A stretch of 64,000 nucleotides of DNA from Phoronis australis (lineage: Eukaryota; Animalia; Phoronida), in NCBI GenBank assembly GCA_002633005.1, contig NMRA01000560.1:1-64000 (forward strand), read 5' to 3'. The translations under genes were made by a program, and so were the position numbers. Positions 38,704-52,888 of this stretch are shown in pieces. Every line of letters begins with the position of its first letter. The stretch's first letter is position 1. Under the pieces are notes generated by a model, which saw only the letters and a list, made by a program, of their open reading frames with translations, did no database searches and was not told the DNA's origin.

Positions 38704-38985
38704 CACATCAAGACAAAACCCATAAGTGCTGGCAGGACGAAAGTTGGCGTCGAATGGGTTCGTTGATTGATGCTGAACGAGTCACGGTTCCAAAGTGCCG
38801 CTACGCATGCGGCAATTTCGGATATGCCTTTGCTGTGTTGGAAAACGGCAACGAATGCAGGTGTTCAAGGAATCCATTCGTAAATGAGTTAAAAAGCATA
38901 AAAGAGTGCAGCAAAAAATGCGGTCCTACAAATGAAAATTGTGGAGGATTTTGGAAAGGTTACGTGATATACTCAGAAAAATTCA
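38704..38985 (+). CDS. Exon 6: WSC domain 2
   Basis: CTTTTTAG| ... A|GTAAGT, 282 bp; CWQD..VTVPKCRYAC..YAFAVLENGNECRCS..ECSKKC..ENCGG. Confidence 0.92.
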
Positions 38986-39156
38986 GTAAGTCATTGTTAT
39001 GGTTTAAATTTTCCTTTCTCTCTACAACATCAAAGTGTCTCTACCGCATTTAACGTGCATAAAACCACCATTTGTTTGGTCGACAAGTGACAGTACTGTC
39101 ACCATCAATAGACTTTCTTTTATAACACTGCCAAAAATAAGAAAAGCGAACTTAAT

Positions 39157-42100
39157 GGGGCTATTCGGAGAATTTTCCTCGTGGTGTCGCATCTGTACTA
39201 GCGGTGATTGAATTGCGCATGCGTCACTGTCTGTATGTAAATAGCTGGTAAAAAGACGGAATTATTATCAAAATACTTCGTCACGCTAAGCCATATTATT
39301 GCTGTTTTCCGTGCAAGTCTTCGTCAGGTGGTCACAGTTTCCCAAAAGCCCAAAAGTTACTATATTTGTGGAGAATTGCTGTCAAAAGGGTCAACCAACT
39401 GACAAAAAGTGTTTGGATGCCGAAGCCCCGTGTGTGCTCTTTGCATTTCTATTGGGAGAGTATATACTGTAACATTACTTGGTAAGTTTTTATGAACCAT
39501 TTTCTATCGACATCGTTCGGTGATGTTATCCTTACCAGTTACCCCACTGAATAACGGGTTTAGAGTGGAACTAAGTGTTTCTTTTCGGAAACTCACCCGG
39601 GACTCGGATGCCCAGTAGGCTAGCAGCACATAATTATTCACATATTGTCCTGGGTGGGAGTGTGCCCAACATAAGAGGTGTATGGTACGTGACGCTCAGA
39701 AGTCAAGGGTGACCTTTTCACGGCAGTTTCTCTTCAAAACTATGTCCAATAAAATTCTCTAGATGAGTGAGTTTCCTTATTTTATAACGGACCCCATCAC
39801 CAAGACTACCAGATTAGTTACAGAATTAACATGAATGAGCTATTCACTAAATGTCGTAACATTGCATTGGAATAAAAATTGACAACTAGAATGAATTTTT
39901 ACTTATTGAGATCAGAAGTACATTTTAGGTGTCATGAAAAATACACATTGTTAAATCACTTTTAGCGTGTTTCGCATATTTTAATTCGGATCTTTAATAA
40001 GACTAGGGTACAAAGATTATTAGTTTCTACATAAAAACATGAAGATGAAACGTGAAGTATGTTCTGCCTTACAAAAGTAGTTTGTCTTATGGTTTCTTTT
40101 ATAATTTTCTAATATTTCTCTGACTATTCTGTTACAGGTGAGAGAAAACGACTGAAACCAGCCGCTTGGTCTGTGTTTTACCTTTGGACAAAGTGAAAAG
40201 CAATCCTTCAGCAATAACTTTAGAAAATTGAAAATAATTCTGAAATTAGGCCCTTAAGGTAGGTGGATACACAAAAATATATATATTGACTGTTTTTTAC
40301 ATTTTAATGTCATCCTAATCCTTAATTCTTAATGCACAGTATACTGAAGAAAAATAAAATCATTCTGAAAATCCAAAGTTGTTTTTTAGCTATATTTGAC
40401 CAAGCCTCAGTAAGTCATATGGCTTGAGTGCTCACCAGCTCAGTGACTGACAACTGGGGCGGAGCTTATATAGGGCACTAGCTCTAATCTAACCCTGGCA
40501 ACAAACATTGCGTAACCGGGCAATTGAGAGTGCTGTACCAGCTGATATTGATGTTGTAGGAAGACCAAGAATAAAATAATTCTATTTTTGACCATGTGAA
40601 AGTTGGTAGTGAAATGGTGAACTAGCTCCTGTTCCGAGCCTGAGCCTGTTTGTCTATCTGCAAAAAATTAAGTTGAGTACGCTAAGTCCTACCGAAGCCG
40701 TCACCGCACTCAACTTGAGGAGTCAGTGCAGAAATTGTCCGTGTACAAGAGAAGTCGGTAAGGTGAGGTGTCTTAGGAGAGGACGCTGAGCGTCGACGTG
40801 GGTGGTGTTGCACGATTCGATGAGAGTGCATGCACGCGCTGTGAAGACACGCCGCGCGCGCAACACATGGACAACTACATGCCGTCAGAGTAGAGTCTTT
40901 GCAAACAAACCGTGCTTCAGTGCTGGGAACGCGCCGTGGAGAAACTAGGCTGCCAAAACCACGGGATTTTTTAACTTGCCACTGGCCGTAACCCGAAGAA
41001 TTAGAGAAACGTCCCAGTGTTCAACATAACAAAATTTTTCTAGTGCATAGATTCAAACGTTTCCCTGAATTAAAACTCATGATATTATACGATTTTAGAG
41101 GAAAGCAATATAAGAAACTTTGGTAACTTGAGAATCTCACCCAAGCGACGCTATTTGCGCAGAAAGTGATATTTTCTTATCCCAAAGTCCATTCGGTACA
41201 GGTACGTAAAAATGTTGAACCATTACTATGAAAGTAGTTCATCCTCGTCGCCAATATTGTTATGTAGACAGTAACGCCGCAATTTGATATAACACATATA
41301 TTGGTTGATGATAATATTGGAATACTAACAAATAGGTCTGTGTAATATAGTTACAGAGTCTTTTACTTTCCTGAGTGGAGAGTTCAGATGAATCGTATAA
41401 ACAATCAATACATGGTTTTTAAGGTGTGGTCGGCACACCAGTACAGCAGACAATAGATCAACGCTAAGCTCCGCCCTCGTGACAGCCATATTTGTTTTGG
41501 TCGTCTGTCGTGCTTCACAAGTTCGAAAAAATAATTAAAATTACGCTGTAAACAAACAGGTATGTCACATTTTCTAAGCATGAAGTAAATATCAGCTTTA
41601 TTTCTAGTGCTTCAACAAAAAATAGGAACATAATGACCACGCATTCTGAACGAAATTTGATTTCAAGTGGCAATCGATGACCACTTAAAGGCGAAGGCAA
41701 CCTTTTTCCATGTCATTTTGAGCTAAAATAAGGTTGGTTGGTTATCCTAGACATATTTTTCACTTAATTACAGCTTTTCGTAATTTTATTAATTATTCGT
41801 CCGCTTTTCCGGAAGTGACGTTTTAGGAGGCAAGCGCTTCCCGCCAATTTCTTTTCACATAGTCTGACTGTGAGAGCTGCCGAGTCAGTCATTGTTCTAC
41901 CTCGGTTGTGTTNNNNNNNNNNNNNNNNNNNNNNNNNNNNNNNNNNNNNNNNNNNNNNNNNNNNNNNNNNNNNNNNNNNNNNNNNNNNNNNNNNNNNNNN
42001 NNNNNNNNNNNNNNNNNNNNNNNNNNNNNNNNNNNNNNNNNNNNNNNNNNNNNNNNNNNNNNNNNNNNNNNNNNNNNNNNNNNNNNNNNNNNNNNNNNNN

Positions 42101-45100
42101 NNNNNNNNNNNNNNNNNNNNNNNNNNNNNNNNNNNNNNNNNNNNNNNNNNNNNNNNNNNNNNNNNNNNNNNNNNNNNNNNNNNNNNNNNNNNNNNNNNNN
42201 NNNNNNNNNNNNNNNNNNNNNNNNNNNNNNNNNNNNNNNNNNNNNNNNNNNNNNNNNNNNNNNNNNNNNNNNNNNNNNNNNNNNNNNNNNNNNNNNNNNN
42301 NNNNNNNNNNNNNNNNNNNNNNNNNNNNNNNNNNNNNNNNNNNNNNNNNNNNNNNNNNNNNNNNNNNNNNNNNNNNNNNNNNNNNNNNNNNNNNNNNNNN
42401 NNNNNNNNNNNNNNNNNNNNNNNNNNNNNNNNNNNNNNNNNNNNNNNNNNNNNNNNNNNNNNNNNNNNNNNNNNNNNNNNNNNNNNNNNNNNNNNNNNNN
42501 NNNNNNNNNNNNNNNCTTGCCTCCTAAAACGTCACTTCCGGAAAAGCGGACGAGTAATTAATAAAATTACGAAAAGCTGTAATTAAGTGAAAAATATGTC
42601 TAGGATAACCAACCAACCTTATTTTAGCTCAAAATGACATGGAAAAAGGTTGCCTTCGCCTTTAACTTCAAAGCCGTTTTCCTCGGCTCGTGATTTCATG
42701 ATAGTGACAAGATTCTCGGGCCTATTTTTCCGCAACACGTGGGCCAATTTTTAAGAAATTTGCAAATTTGAAATCCTCTAGGACTGAAGTAAAATCGCGT
42801 ACCAGGGTTTTTTGATACATGGACCAGACTTTTAGTTATTAGACGAAATGTGACCAAATGACAAAAAGTGGCGTGCTTGCCCCAACTCACACGTAAAAAA
42901 TGCCGCAAAATCAAGATCATAATGATTTTGTACATGTATTTGGTATGGATAAGTAGAATATTGCGTAAAGAAACAGTTGATGATAATCCTTGTGCATTTT
43001 GAAAAAAAATTGAGGTGAAATTGGATTTTTTGAAAATTAAAAAATACGATTTTTTATAAAAACGAACTACAAAATTTTTTTTTGATTTTTGTCACTTTCA
43101 GAGTCATGTCTAACTAGTTAAAACTCCCTTTTTACTCATTTTAGTTGGGAACCTGGAGATTTGACCAGTGAATACACCTACCTTAATATACCTGATTATG
43201 GACTCCGTTGCATTGGGAAAATTATTGTTTTAACAATGTTGTTTCTTTGTATTTATATGGTTGTTCAATTTTCCATTTTGTTTTTAAATACACTGATAAT
43301 TTTTTATTCTCGATTCTTGTGCGTATCAGATTCTTATCCAGCTAGCCACAATTGAAAACATATTAACTTTCTTGCATGTGGAACTTTTGTTTACAGACAA
43401 AATAACACAAAACTTAAAATAGTTCAAAGGCCTTAAGAAAGCTCTAAAAATATTTACAAACACAAACAAATCAAATGAAAACAAAAAACTTCATTTTGAT
43501 CGCTGCACATTTCTATAGGTCAACAGGAAAATGACAATTCGCAAACGTATTCAGTAATCATTTCAGCTTTATAAAGAATAAGCACAACTGCACTGTATGG
43601 GGCTTTAAAACTGAAGAAATATAATTATGCTTTCAATAATTAGCGACAAATTTTCCTGTTGATGAAACATTTATTCGATCATCAAAGTGTAACATTATCG
43701 GGCTTTCTACTGACAATATGACAATCGATGCAGTCACTAAATGTCATTTCGCCATAATTTGTGAAAAGTTTTTACCATTAGTATAATAGCCCTTTCTTCT
43801 GAAAGGAAAAAATAATGTCACTCAGTGAGAAAGGACAGGTATTTATACCAGATGCTTTTGGTTTTCATTTCACTGGGATCAAGTTTCAATGGCCTGTAGA
43901 AGCCCTTGTAAAAAGGTCCACTTTCGGCACGTAGCTTTCCTTCATGTAACCTCATTCAGTCTCAATAACATCCACATTTGAATCCCTGAAGGTACACACA
44001 GCAGCATATCACTTGACTCGTTTTGTGCCCAAAATCTGACCCTGAACTAGACCAGAATGTCACTACGTCTTCCTTAGCTGCAGTCCCTCATGTTTCTTCC
44101 AGGAAAAGAAATACGAAATTGTCCACACATGACTCATTACCTATGAAAGGGCATCCTCACCAACGAGGCTGACTTTTGCAGCAGTCAGATGTAGTTCCTC
44201 TTCAAACACTAACAATCCACTGGCACATTGTTTTATGGTAACTTAGTACTGCGATTCACATTTCTCCAGGGCCACTGACTTGTACATTGTGCCATGCATC
44301 ACTGCTAGGGGGGTGGAAATGGTGTGGGAGGAGAAAGGAGGAACATAACTTGTCTATGTTGCGGCTTGAAGTGGCCTTGAAGTGTCACTGAACCTGAAAC
44401 AAACATTGAAATTGAATAATTAAGTACTCCACGTTGGGTCAAAAATGATATCCCTGTTTTTCAAAAATATAATATGGTGACTGCTGTACAATTTCACACA
44501 AAATTAAATAATTACTATTTTCAGAAATCAAGGGTGTACTGTATATAATAAGTATTGTATAAAACAGCGACTTTACTTTTCATTCGTAGCCATAACAATG
44601 CTTTAAACGCATCACTTGTCTGCAAAATATGCAAGTTTTTTTAGACAACTTCAAACATTTGTTACCCATTTTCAATCCTTTTTATTTTTGATACTTTCAG
44701 CAATTTTGAACTCCGATTACAGATCTATGGGTCTGTCAAACATACATGTACATGTACTTCTAGTCTAAGGCTGAGGGAACCGTTTCTCAGACTTTTTATT
44801 TTCTTCTAATAGAAGATTTGAAGACTTGGGTCATTTAAAAATGATGGATAATCGTTCTGGGCACCATAAAAAATGCAATTTTCACAAAAAATGACTGTCG
44901 TTTGAATTTATAAAGGACTTGCAACATTTCAGGGCATGAGTTAAGACTCTTCAGTCAGAAAATGTAATGTATTTTTATGGGTTGTCCATTCGGGTACGGT
45001 GCAAAAGCGATGCATATCTCCTCTGCACGGTACAGCTCCTCAAACCTAAAAACAGAAGGGCACATGAAAACATAAAAGATAGATTTCCATTTCAACGTGT

Positions 45101-45651
45101 AATAGATTTCCGGAAGACATAGGATAGGGAGCAAACAAATAGTCTAATAGATATTTGTCACGTACCCTTTGCCATTGGGCTTGGATTGTAATCTTAATTC
45201 ACTAACCAATATCGAGTTAACAGCATAAACATTCAACATTCATTGATGTAACTCTAATTGATAAACCTGTTAGAAATCATTCAAAGCAATAATAATGCTT
45301 TAATGTACGAAAAGATCCCGAGTGCTACGTCAAGTATCGTAACACACATCACAACAAGATTAACCCGACTGGCGACTGCCGCGACGTCGACATCGGCGAG
45401 TACCTCAGTTAACAGGCATCAGTAGAATAAACATGGGATATTCGTTAAAATAATCAAAAACCTTACCTTTGTAGAAGGGCGTGCTTACTTCCTCTCACAG
45501 AAGAACCCTTTTCACGCAATTTCAGATTCAGTTGGCACGGCTGCAAGCCATTTCACCATGCATTTAAAGGGCTCGCGAAATCGAGGCTGCTTATCTATCA
45601 CCACTAGTACACGCGCGCCCTCTAGTTAATGTAAATTTTCCGAATAGTCCT
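39157..45651 (+). mobile_element. Degenerate ISL2EU-type (PIF/Harbinger group) transposon with nested insertions
   Basis: TIRs GGGGCTATTCGGAGAATTT / AAATTTTCCGAATAGTCCT flanked by AT. THAP remnant on + (39291-39480); SAP-like exon (45468-45560) and YqaJ-like remnant (43890-44400) on -. Confidence 0.75.
41689..42661 (+). mobile_element. Kolobok copy 2 (interior falls in an N gap)
   Basis: Same TIRs as 16824-18483 with few differences; TTAA at 41685-88 and 42662-65. Confidence 0.9.
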
Positions 45652-46899
45652 ATTGAAAGTGTCTTAGCTCCAAGGACTTGAGAACAGTGTATGGACGTAC
45701 CCAGCGCCTGTGTGTGTCATGTCCACCAACACTCGAGTTTCTTGTACAAGTTTTTGCGTTATCTGCCCTTCTCTGATGTCCCTGATGAACTTGAAATGAG
45801 CACAACGTGCTCAAATATTGAGTTAACTACTACAAACACAACGCCTCTCCATTCTCCATGACACTATAAACTACTGGAAAACTAGCAGCAATATCTGACG
45901 AGTTTTCACACTGAATTCAATGGAGGATGACTAATGCTGTGATTGACTGTCCACTTTCTACGTAGTGCTTCGACCAATACAGATCGGCTAATTAGCATAT
46001 CGTCAGATAGTGTGTGCGGGTGTTCTAATTTGACGCGTGATTGACTGATGGGATTGTATTTAGTCTTTTGGCATGAGATTGGTGATTTTAAAGCTAGAAA
46101 AGTCAAAAACAAAGAAATTTAGAAATGACGGAGCTCGGATGTGGTCGCAAACCCCGCGTCATTTGAATTTTGTCCTATGTCCACGAGTTCCAAAACCACC
46201 CTACCCCCCTCCCTTCGCCTTCGACTGTGTGAAGCCTGAAGTCACACTGGAGAGCGACTTAAAAGCAAATAATGCTCGGTAGCTTTAGCAGGTTTACAAC
46301 CTTCCCCCATCCCCACGCCTAAATTGAAATAACTAAGGTAATGGAACAGAATGCAGAGACATAGAATTTTAAATGTCAAATGCAGATGTTTATCCCTAAA
46401 GTTACAAAAATATTCCGAATGCTAGGCACATTCGTGGGTTGCGCTAACACGATTTTCGGCATCTAAGTTAAAGAGTAACAACTGAAATGTCGGCATGATT
46501 TTTTTGAACTTGCAACTGGTGGCATTGTATCCTGGCATTGTTTCACACATCGGTAGGCTCTGTCTTTTTGATCGTGGACTTGCTGTGCAGTCTGGCAGTG
46601 GACATTCCTGAGAATATAATGAACTGGAATGAGCATTTTAAATTCAATAGGGCTCAACTACATGATTACACCGCAACGCATACATGTACATAACCACCTA
46701 TTAAAGTTACCTGTAGGAATGCAAAATTTGATTGTCCCAGATAAATATAAGAAGGCTATCTCTGCACATAACTTTTCGATTTGCCGGTAGTAATAGAATG
46801 AATTCTTAATCCTTAAGGTGAAAAAAAAAAGTTTTGAAAAGTCTTCACCAGGTGACTTTGCCTGGTTGTTCTCGTTGCCGAGAGGCGCACTTGAGATCA

Positions 46900-47597
46900 G
46901 ACGTGCGTACAGTCATTGATCTACCTCAGTTGTGATAGTTTCGGTCGTCGTTTGCTTTTGTTTGCGAGTCAGTCAACATGCCACACTGTTGCTGCGTACC
47001 AGGATGTACTCATTATGGCCCAAAGCTTGTAAGTAGCCCTGCTGCAATGTTGAGTAGTGGGAGTGAATACAGGTCCAGTTAGTGAAGAGTACAGTTCGTC
47101 GTTCAATGAAGAGATCGGTGATCCAAACTTTGATAAGTTTATTGTGGACTTGTCTAAAGTATTGGAGCTATTTAGAAGGTGCCAGGTGTCACACGGCGGG
47201 GTGCAAGCAGTTTGCGTGCTCAGGTCACTATCCAGTGGGAGTGCGTTGCGATACACTCGAGCAAGTGGGACAGTTGTTCTTCTGTCCGTGAGACGATAAT
47301 GAGTACATTCCGGTACGCAGCAACAGTGTTCATGTTGATTGGCTCGTAAACAATAGCAACCGACGACCAAACTTATCACATCCGAGAGAGAACAATGACT
47401 GACTCGGCGGCTCTCCCAATCATATTAAATGAAAATAAATTGGCGCGAAAAGCTTGCCTCCCAAAACGTCACTTCCGGAGTTGAGAACGAATAATTAATT
47501 AAATTACAAAAAGCTGTAATGAAGTGGAAAATATGTCTGGGATAACCAAAGAACCTTATTTTTGCTAAAAAAGACATGAAAAGGGTTGCCTTTGCCT
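46900..47597. mobile_element. Rearranged, diverged Kolobok derivative
   Basis: THAP start ATGCCACACTGTTGC at 46978 (+), transposase fragment EEIGDPNFDKFIVDLSKVLELFRRC, then an inverted left end with TIR ending GCCT-TTAA at 47597. Confidence 0.75.
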
Positions 47598-47821
47598 TTA
47601 AGTCCTAGTTAAGGTCTAGCCAAAGTCACGTGCTCCCCTTAAAATACATGAAAATATCTCACGTAATCTCACGTAAAAGTCTTGCCTTTAAGTGAGGGAG
47701 ACTGGTAAACCGAACAGGTTTTCAAGCATTAACAAACTTCTGTTCTCCTATAGTCTAAAACAAGAACCGGTAAGGAAGACGTTGGGACTTGTTCTAGATG
47801 TCGTTCTTTTTGTCTCCTTAG

Positions 47822-47947
47822 AGCTTGCACGATGCAAGAATGGAGTAGATGTCTTTGAATGCGGGGGGGTATGTGTGGGGATGACATTTCTGTGCGACCA
47901 TGACAGAAACTGTCCCCGCGCCCAAGACGAAGACAACAGTATGTGTG
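47822..47947 (+). CDS. Exon 7: LDL-receptor class A repeat 1
   Basis: TCTCCTTAG| ... G|GTAAGT, 126 bp; CKNGVDVFECGGVCVGMTFLCDHDRNCPRAQDEDNSMC (6 Cys, CD..C..DE..C). Confidence 0.9.
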
Positions 47948-49035
47948 GTAAGTAAACGTTGGCGAAATGATCCCTCCAAATTTTATTTTATTTTGAATAG
48001 TTTAAAGACGTAGTTGCACGTTTATTAGGTTACTTAAAGTATGTTAATCGAAGCCATCAGTACATAAAAGGACACCAGGAAACATCATGGTACCATAATT
48101 CCGTATGACTGCAGACACACAACTCTATCGGGATCAAAGCTACGCTTTATCTTTGTTTTCCACGGCATCTTTCTATCATATGTATAAGTCATTGAAGCAA
48201 TATTTTGGCGACTCGGCATGACGATATATATGGAGCTGTTCTGTTCTTGGCGGGAGATGCGATTTGAGTGACAGCCCCGTAACCTTTGACCTCGGATAAG
48301 TAGTAAACAAATATCCAGGTGGTTGGTTGCGTGGTTCCAAGGTGCACCCCGGGAAACCAGCAATTGGGAACGAGACCCTGCACCAAAAATGGCAGACGAC
48401 AGTAATGTACATGGTGAGTTTAAGTGTCATTTTCTTCTTAAATAGAGGTTACTTTGGTACAAATGGGACACACAGAAAAGCGATATGGATCTGAAATGAT
48501 ACTTGGCTTTGCTGATTTTTTTAAATAAAGAGCCCAGAAAGCAATGGCTTACAGTAAAATGCCTTGCGCCTCGTAAAATTAACAGTTTGTACTTGCTACT
48601 AGCAATTCCAGGGTTCTTGAGTAGAGACGTGTGATGTTTGTAGTTTAATCGTCCCTCGTGACACATTTGTTAGTTATGATTTGTGAAACAATTCAAGATA
48701 TTTACCAATGCAAGCAGGTCCTTGTGAGAGACGGCGATCAAGAACCCAAAAAGCGATCTGGAACGCACATTTATTTCTCTGCATTGGCTTGAATAGTCGT
48801 TCAAGTTACGGTATAAATAATTTTAGAATAATACGGACCCTAAATTAGTTGTTGGGCTGATTATCAATTATATTTTATCTTTTTTTCGTGATTTCTTTGT
48901 GAGATTTAGCCTAACAAACATATATAACTGAATGCGTTTGATTTTTTTTCAGTTGAACTATAGCCACACGACGAGTCCTGCAGGGTGTTAACCTCCACGC
49001 CTTTAAAAATAGTACCAGTGCTTCATGTCATAAAG

Positions 49036-49037
<2 letters not shown>

Positions 49038-49088
<51 letters not shown>
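49038..49088. repeat. (GT)n microsatellite
   Basis: About 25 perfect GT units. Confidence 0.95.
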
Positions 49089-49090
<2 letters not shown>

Positions 49091-51529
49091 GTGGAGCTTC
49101 GTTCAGGAACTAAGAAATCGACTTAGTACGACCACATGGCAATAAAACACAGTGAGACTACAGCAACCAAGACCTTCACCAACCCTGTGATTGACGCGTT
49201 GCATGGGTCAAAAGTTTTTTACTGATATAAGAAAACACAACATGAACCAAGTCGATTCAGTGTCCTATCTGTGACCAGTGATTAACGGAAAGAGTAAGCC
49301 TGACGAGGCACATTGCGTCAAAGCACGAGGACACTCTTTTTGTGGTGAATGTGGCATGTCATGCAAACGGTATGCCTCCTACAGGCATAAGAAGGAGAAA
49401 CGTAACGAATGAAATCATTAAATCCAGTGGTGAAGGTTGTTAAGTCACCATAGTTTATTCAGATTTACAGTTTATGGTTGGTAGTTGTCTGGTGTGACAG
49501 TATCTTGACGTTTTGTTTTGAACCTTTTTTCCTCAAGTTGCTTTCTATGTATTTGTGTTATTTCAACAGCATCTTTAACAGAACCAGTGTCTTTATGTAG
49601 TGTTTAAGTAGATTTAAATGGCCATACTAAGTGTCATTGGGCAATACTTACATACAATTGTTCTGACCAATTAGTATTTTAAAAGAAAATGTATGTCTAT
49701 GATTATTGAAGAAATTGTTTTCATATTGTTGTTGATTTCCTGTGAGTGGCTTATACTGTCAATCAGTCCGAAATACATTGTCTATGATTCAGTAATGATT
49801 TAGTCTAATACATTTCATTTGCTGTCACAATTTTGCAAGAAGATTCGACAATCGCTTTCATCTGATGCAAAAATCTGTTTACGCTGGCTGACACGCCACA
49901 TGGAACAACTCCTGGGCGAGTCTTCAGTTTAGAGCCCCTTGTTCCCAGTGGTTTCCTCTAAAAGTAGATGTCTTTATTTTAAAACCTTGGTAGGGTATAC
50001 CTTCACATCGTGGGTAACATAGTCCTTGAAGCTCGCCTGACAATAACAGTGAACTTGTTTCCTGACATGAAAACAAATTCATCTGTGAAAATATCTATAA
50101 CTAAAATAATATGCTTGATGTACATGTAGTGCTCATGGCGATTTAATTTTCATATGCTATGGTATTGTTAAGTTTTGATAAGAAAGTAACAAAGTAATGA
50201 AGCAAATGTGATTAATTATTTGCACTACACTTACTTTGTAACCTTTTTCACGTTTTATAAGTAAAAAATTCATTATTGTTCGACGCATCACAAATTTGCG
50301 TTCCCGATCGCTTATATTTGCGTTCGCGATCGCATCTTTCAACAGAAAAGAGTAAAAAAATCCGAGATTCTGACAAAACTACAAAAAACAAGCGTTGCGT
50401 CATATTTTCACAAATCATTTCTTCATAATTTCATGGTCAATTTATTGATTTAGTTCCAAAAATAAATGTAAAGCACCTTCGGCGCATGCGATGCCTCGGT
50501 CAACCTAACTTTTCTCCAATAATTAGAAGACACTAGCCTAAATCTCTACCTGTCCTTGCTCAATGTATTACGCCAAGAACTCATGTCTCTGTTTTCACAT
50601 TGGAAGTAAAAGCAACAAAAATTCATCAAATTTACTCACCTTGCCTGGCTTCGGTTCTCGCGCCAAATTTCGTTCTCGATCGCCTTGCGGGCGCTCTCGA
50701 TCGCGGGTTGGCCGGGTGCGGTGGTTCTGCTAACTCTTTTTAAAAACTGCTGGACCTTTGATTGGCGCATTTACTACAAAGAAGGACAAGATAAAATTTG
50801 GAAGGCAAATGAAACGAAAGATTTGAGTGTACTGTAATATCTATGCTTACATACAGTAAGCCGTTAACTTGACGGTGTTTCTGTTCGTACCTATTTCTGG
50901 TGACGTTTCGAGCCGTTGCCAAGAACAACGGGATACATGCAGGTATACCTATTGACATGCCTGACAACGTGATGGTGTTGATATGGAAATTTTCATAGCT
51001 GTGGTGCATGAATGCATTCTCAATGTTGTTTGCCGTCGTTACGACAAAGGGTTTACACACTCTGGGTAATACACGTAATATCTTTTTGCATGCAAATTTT
51101 ACTTCCCCTGCAGTATACACACCATTCGGCTTGTAAGTGCGGCATATCACGGTTGTTTAATTTTTGTTTTTTCTCTGTAGTAGGAGTACTTGTTTTCTCA
51201 CTGTTCCTTCTCTTTATTTTGTTGAATTAACTTCTTCCAGAATCCAACAGATATACAAGTTGTACTTAGTTGTGTAAGAATTTAATCTTGCTTTTTGAGA
51301 ATATGGATTGGCCAGGTTTTGAATGGAAAGATCACATCCTTTGTTTTACATTTGGCTTTTTATAACTTACTGATAAGGCCAGGTTGGTACGGTGGTTTTG
51401 AGGGTAGTGACATACAGCCAGTGTATCTGTGATGTACTTTCATGTTCATTTGTCGTATTATTTTGTAAGTGTTGTAATGCTGTAGGTGTGCGTGTGTGGT
51501 GAATGGGTGTGTATACTAAATGTGGAAGC

Positions 51530-52590
51530 AGCTATGGTTAGTATTCTGTCAAGGACTTACAGAGGATTGCGGGAAGCTTTCAAGAGAAAAGATGTACTCA
51601 GTTGTGCATGTATTCAAAAATATTCAATTTACTGTCTCCAGGATACCCACTTCGAAGAGAGTGACGTAAATTTCGTACGAAGCCAATGGGGATTTGAGTG
51701 TTACATGAATTGTTGTAAAAGTAATTCAAGGGGATTGTGTACATTATTTAGTTATAATTTTGAGTATGAAATCAAAAAAGAGAGCCGGGATCTCAATGGA
51801 AACTACCTAATTTTAGAGATGCTTGTCGAAAAACAAACCCTAATCACTATTGTTAACTCTTAGGGCACCAGCACAGATAGCCCGAATTTGTATGAGAATT
51901 TAAAAAGTATTACAGATGGACTAAATTCCGATTTTTGTATTTGTTTTGAAGATTGGGGCTTGTTCAAGGATTTTCCTGCAGATTGTTATAATTACACGAA
52001 CAAATAATAACAATACCACCATGGATAAAGTTTTGGAAATAATGGAAGAACTTTCACTAGTTGATCCTTGGAGAATATGTAATCATTCGCAAAAAACTAC
52101 ACTTGGATGAGAAAACCTTAATTAAAAGGGTCAGGCTTGATTTTTTTCTAAGTAGTAAAGAATTACAGTCTTGTATAGAGAAAGTGGACATTTTTTTCAG
52201 GCTACAGAATAATTGTTCTGTTTTTTTAGACTTACGTTTCTCTAGCTTTACCAAGGGCGGTTTTTGCAGCTTTAATAATACACTTTTTAAAGATGACGAA
52301 TATACTAAAGCAGTGAAAGAAGTTATTCATAAAAAGAAAGATACGTACGCTCATTTTCCTTATAATAGGGACAACATATCAAAGATTTCTTCAAATATAT
52401 TTTCTATAAGTTATCAATTATTTCTTGAAATATTATGACATAATATTAGAAGTACGACAATTCCGTATAGTGTCTGCAAAAAGAAAATCAGGGTAAGGAG
52501 ATCGGCGTATTTAGAAAATGAAATAAAATTTCCATACGAGACTATCAGCTGGTTTTGATGCAAATTTGAAAAAGCGTTTAAATGACTGAC
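51530..52590 (+). mobile_element. Tx1/L1-clade LINE, degenerate APE endonuclease region
   Basis: RGL..KRKDV..IYCLQDTHF..RSQWG..NSRGL..RDLNGNYLIL and RLDFFL; several stops and frameshifts. Confidence 0.8.
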
Positions 52591-52888
52591 CAGGGGCGGA
52601 TCCATGATTTTGAGTTAAGGGGGCCCGGACACAGGAATAACCAGAATTTCAGCAGATGCACGCGCCCAGCCTCAAATGTGGGGATGCAGGGGCCTCGAAT
52701 ATCTGGGCTTGCGGACCTGTTGGCTAAAAAAATGGTAAACAGGGTTTCTTCACGGCCTATGCATTGTTTATTCACCCCTGGTTGAGCGCATGTGCTAGTC
52801 AGAGCTTCGCACCCGAACTCCCAAATGGTATCTGGTAGAATTGTAGGGGCATGGCCCCCTTGGCCCCTTCCCCCTAAATCCGCCACTG
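52591..52888 (+). mobile_element. hAT-like MITE copy 2
   Basis: CAGGGGCGGAT...ATCCGCCACTG; flanks CTGAC / CTGCC are a near-match 5-bp duplication. Confidence 0.8.

Noticed and set aside
29778-38985. Calling the gene a Kremen ortholog
   Set aside because: It has a second WSC and LDLa repeats instead of CUB plus TM; orthology needs a phylogeny.
40256-41684. TTAA-bounded segment as one Kolobok MITE
   Set aside because: The two ends do not form a convincing inverted repeat.
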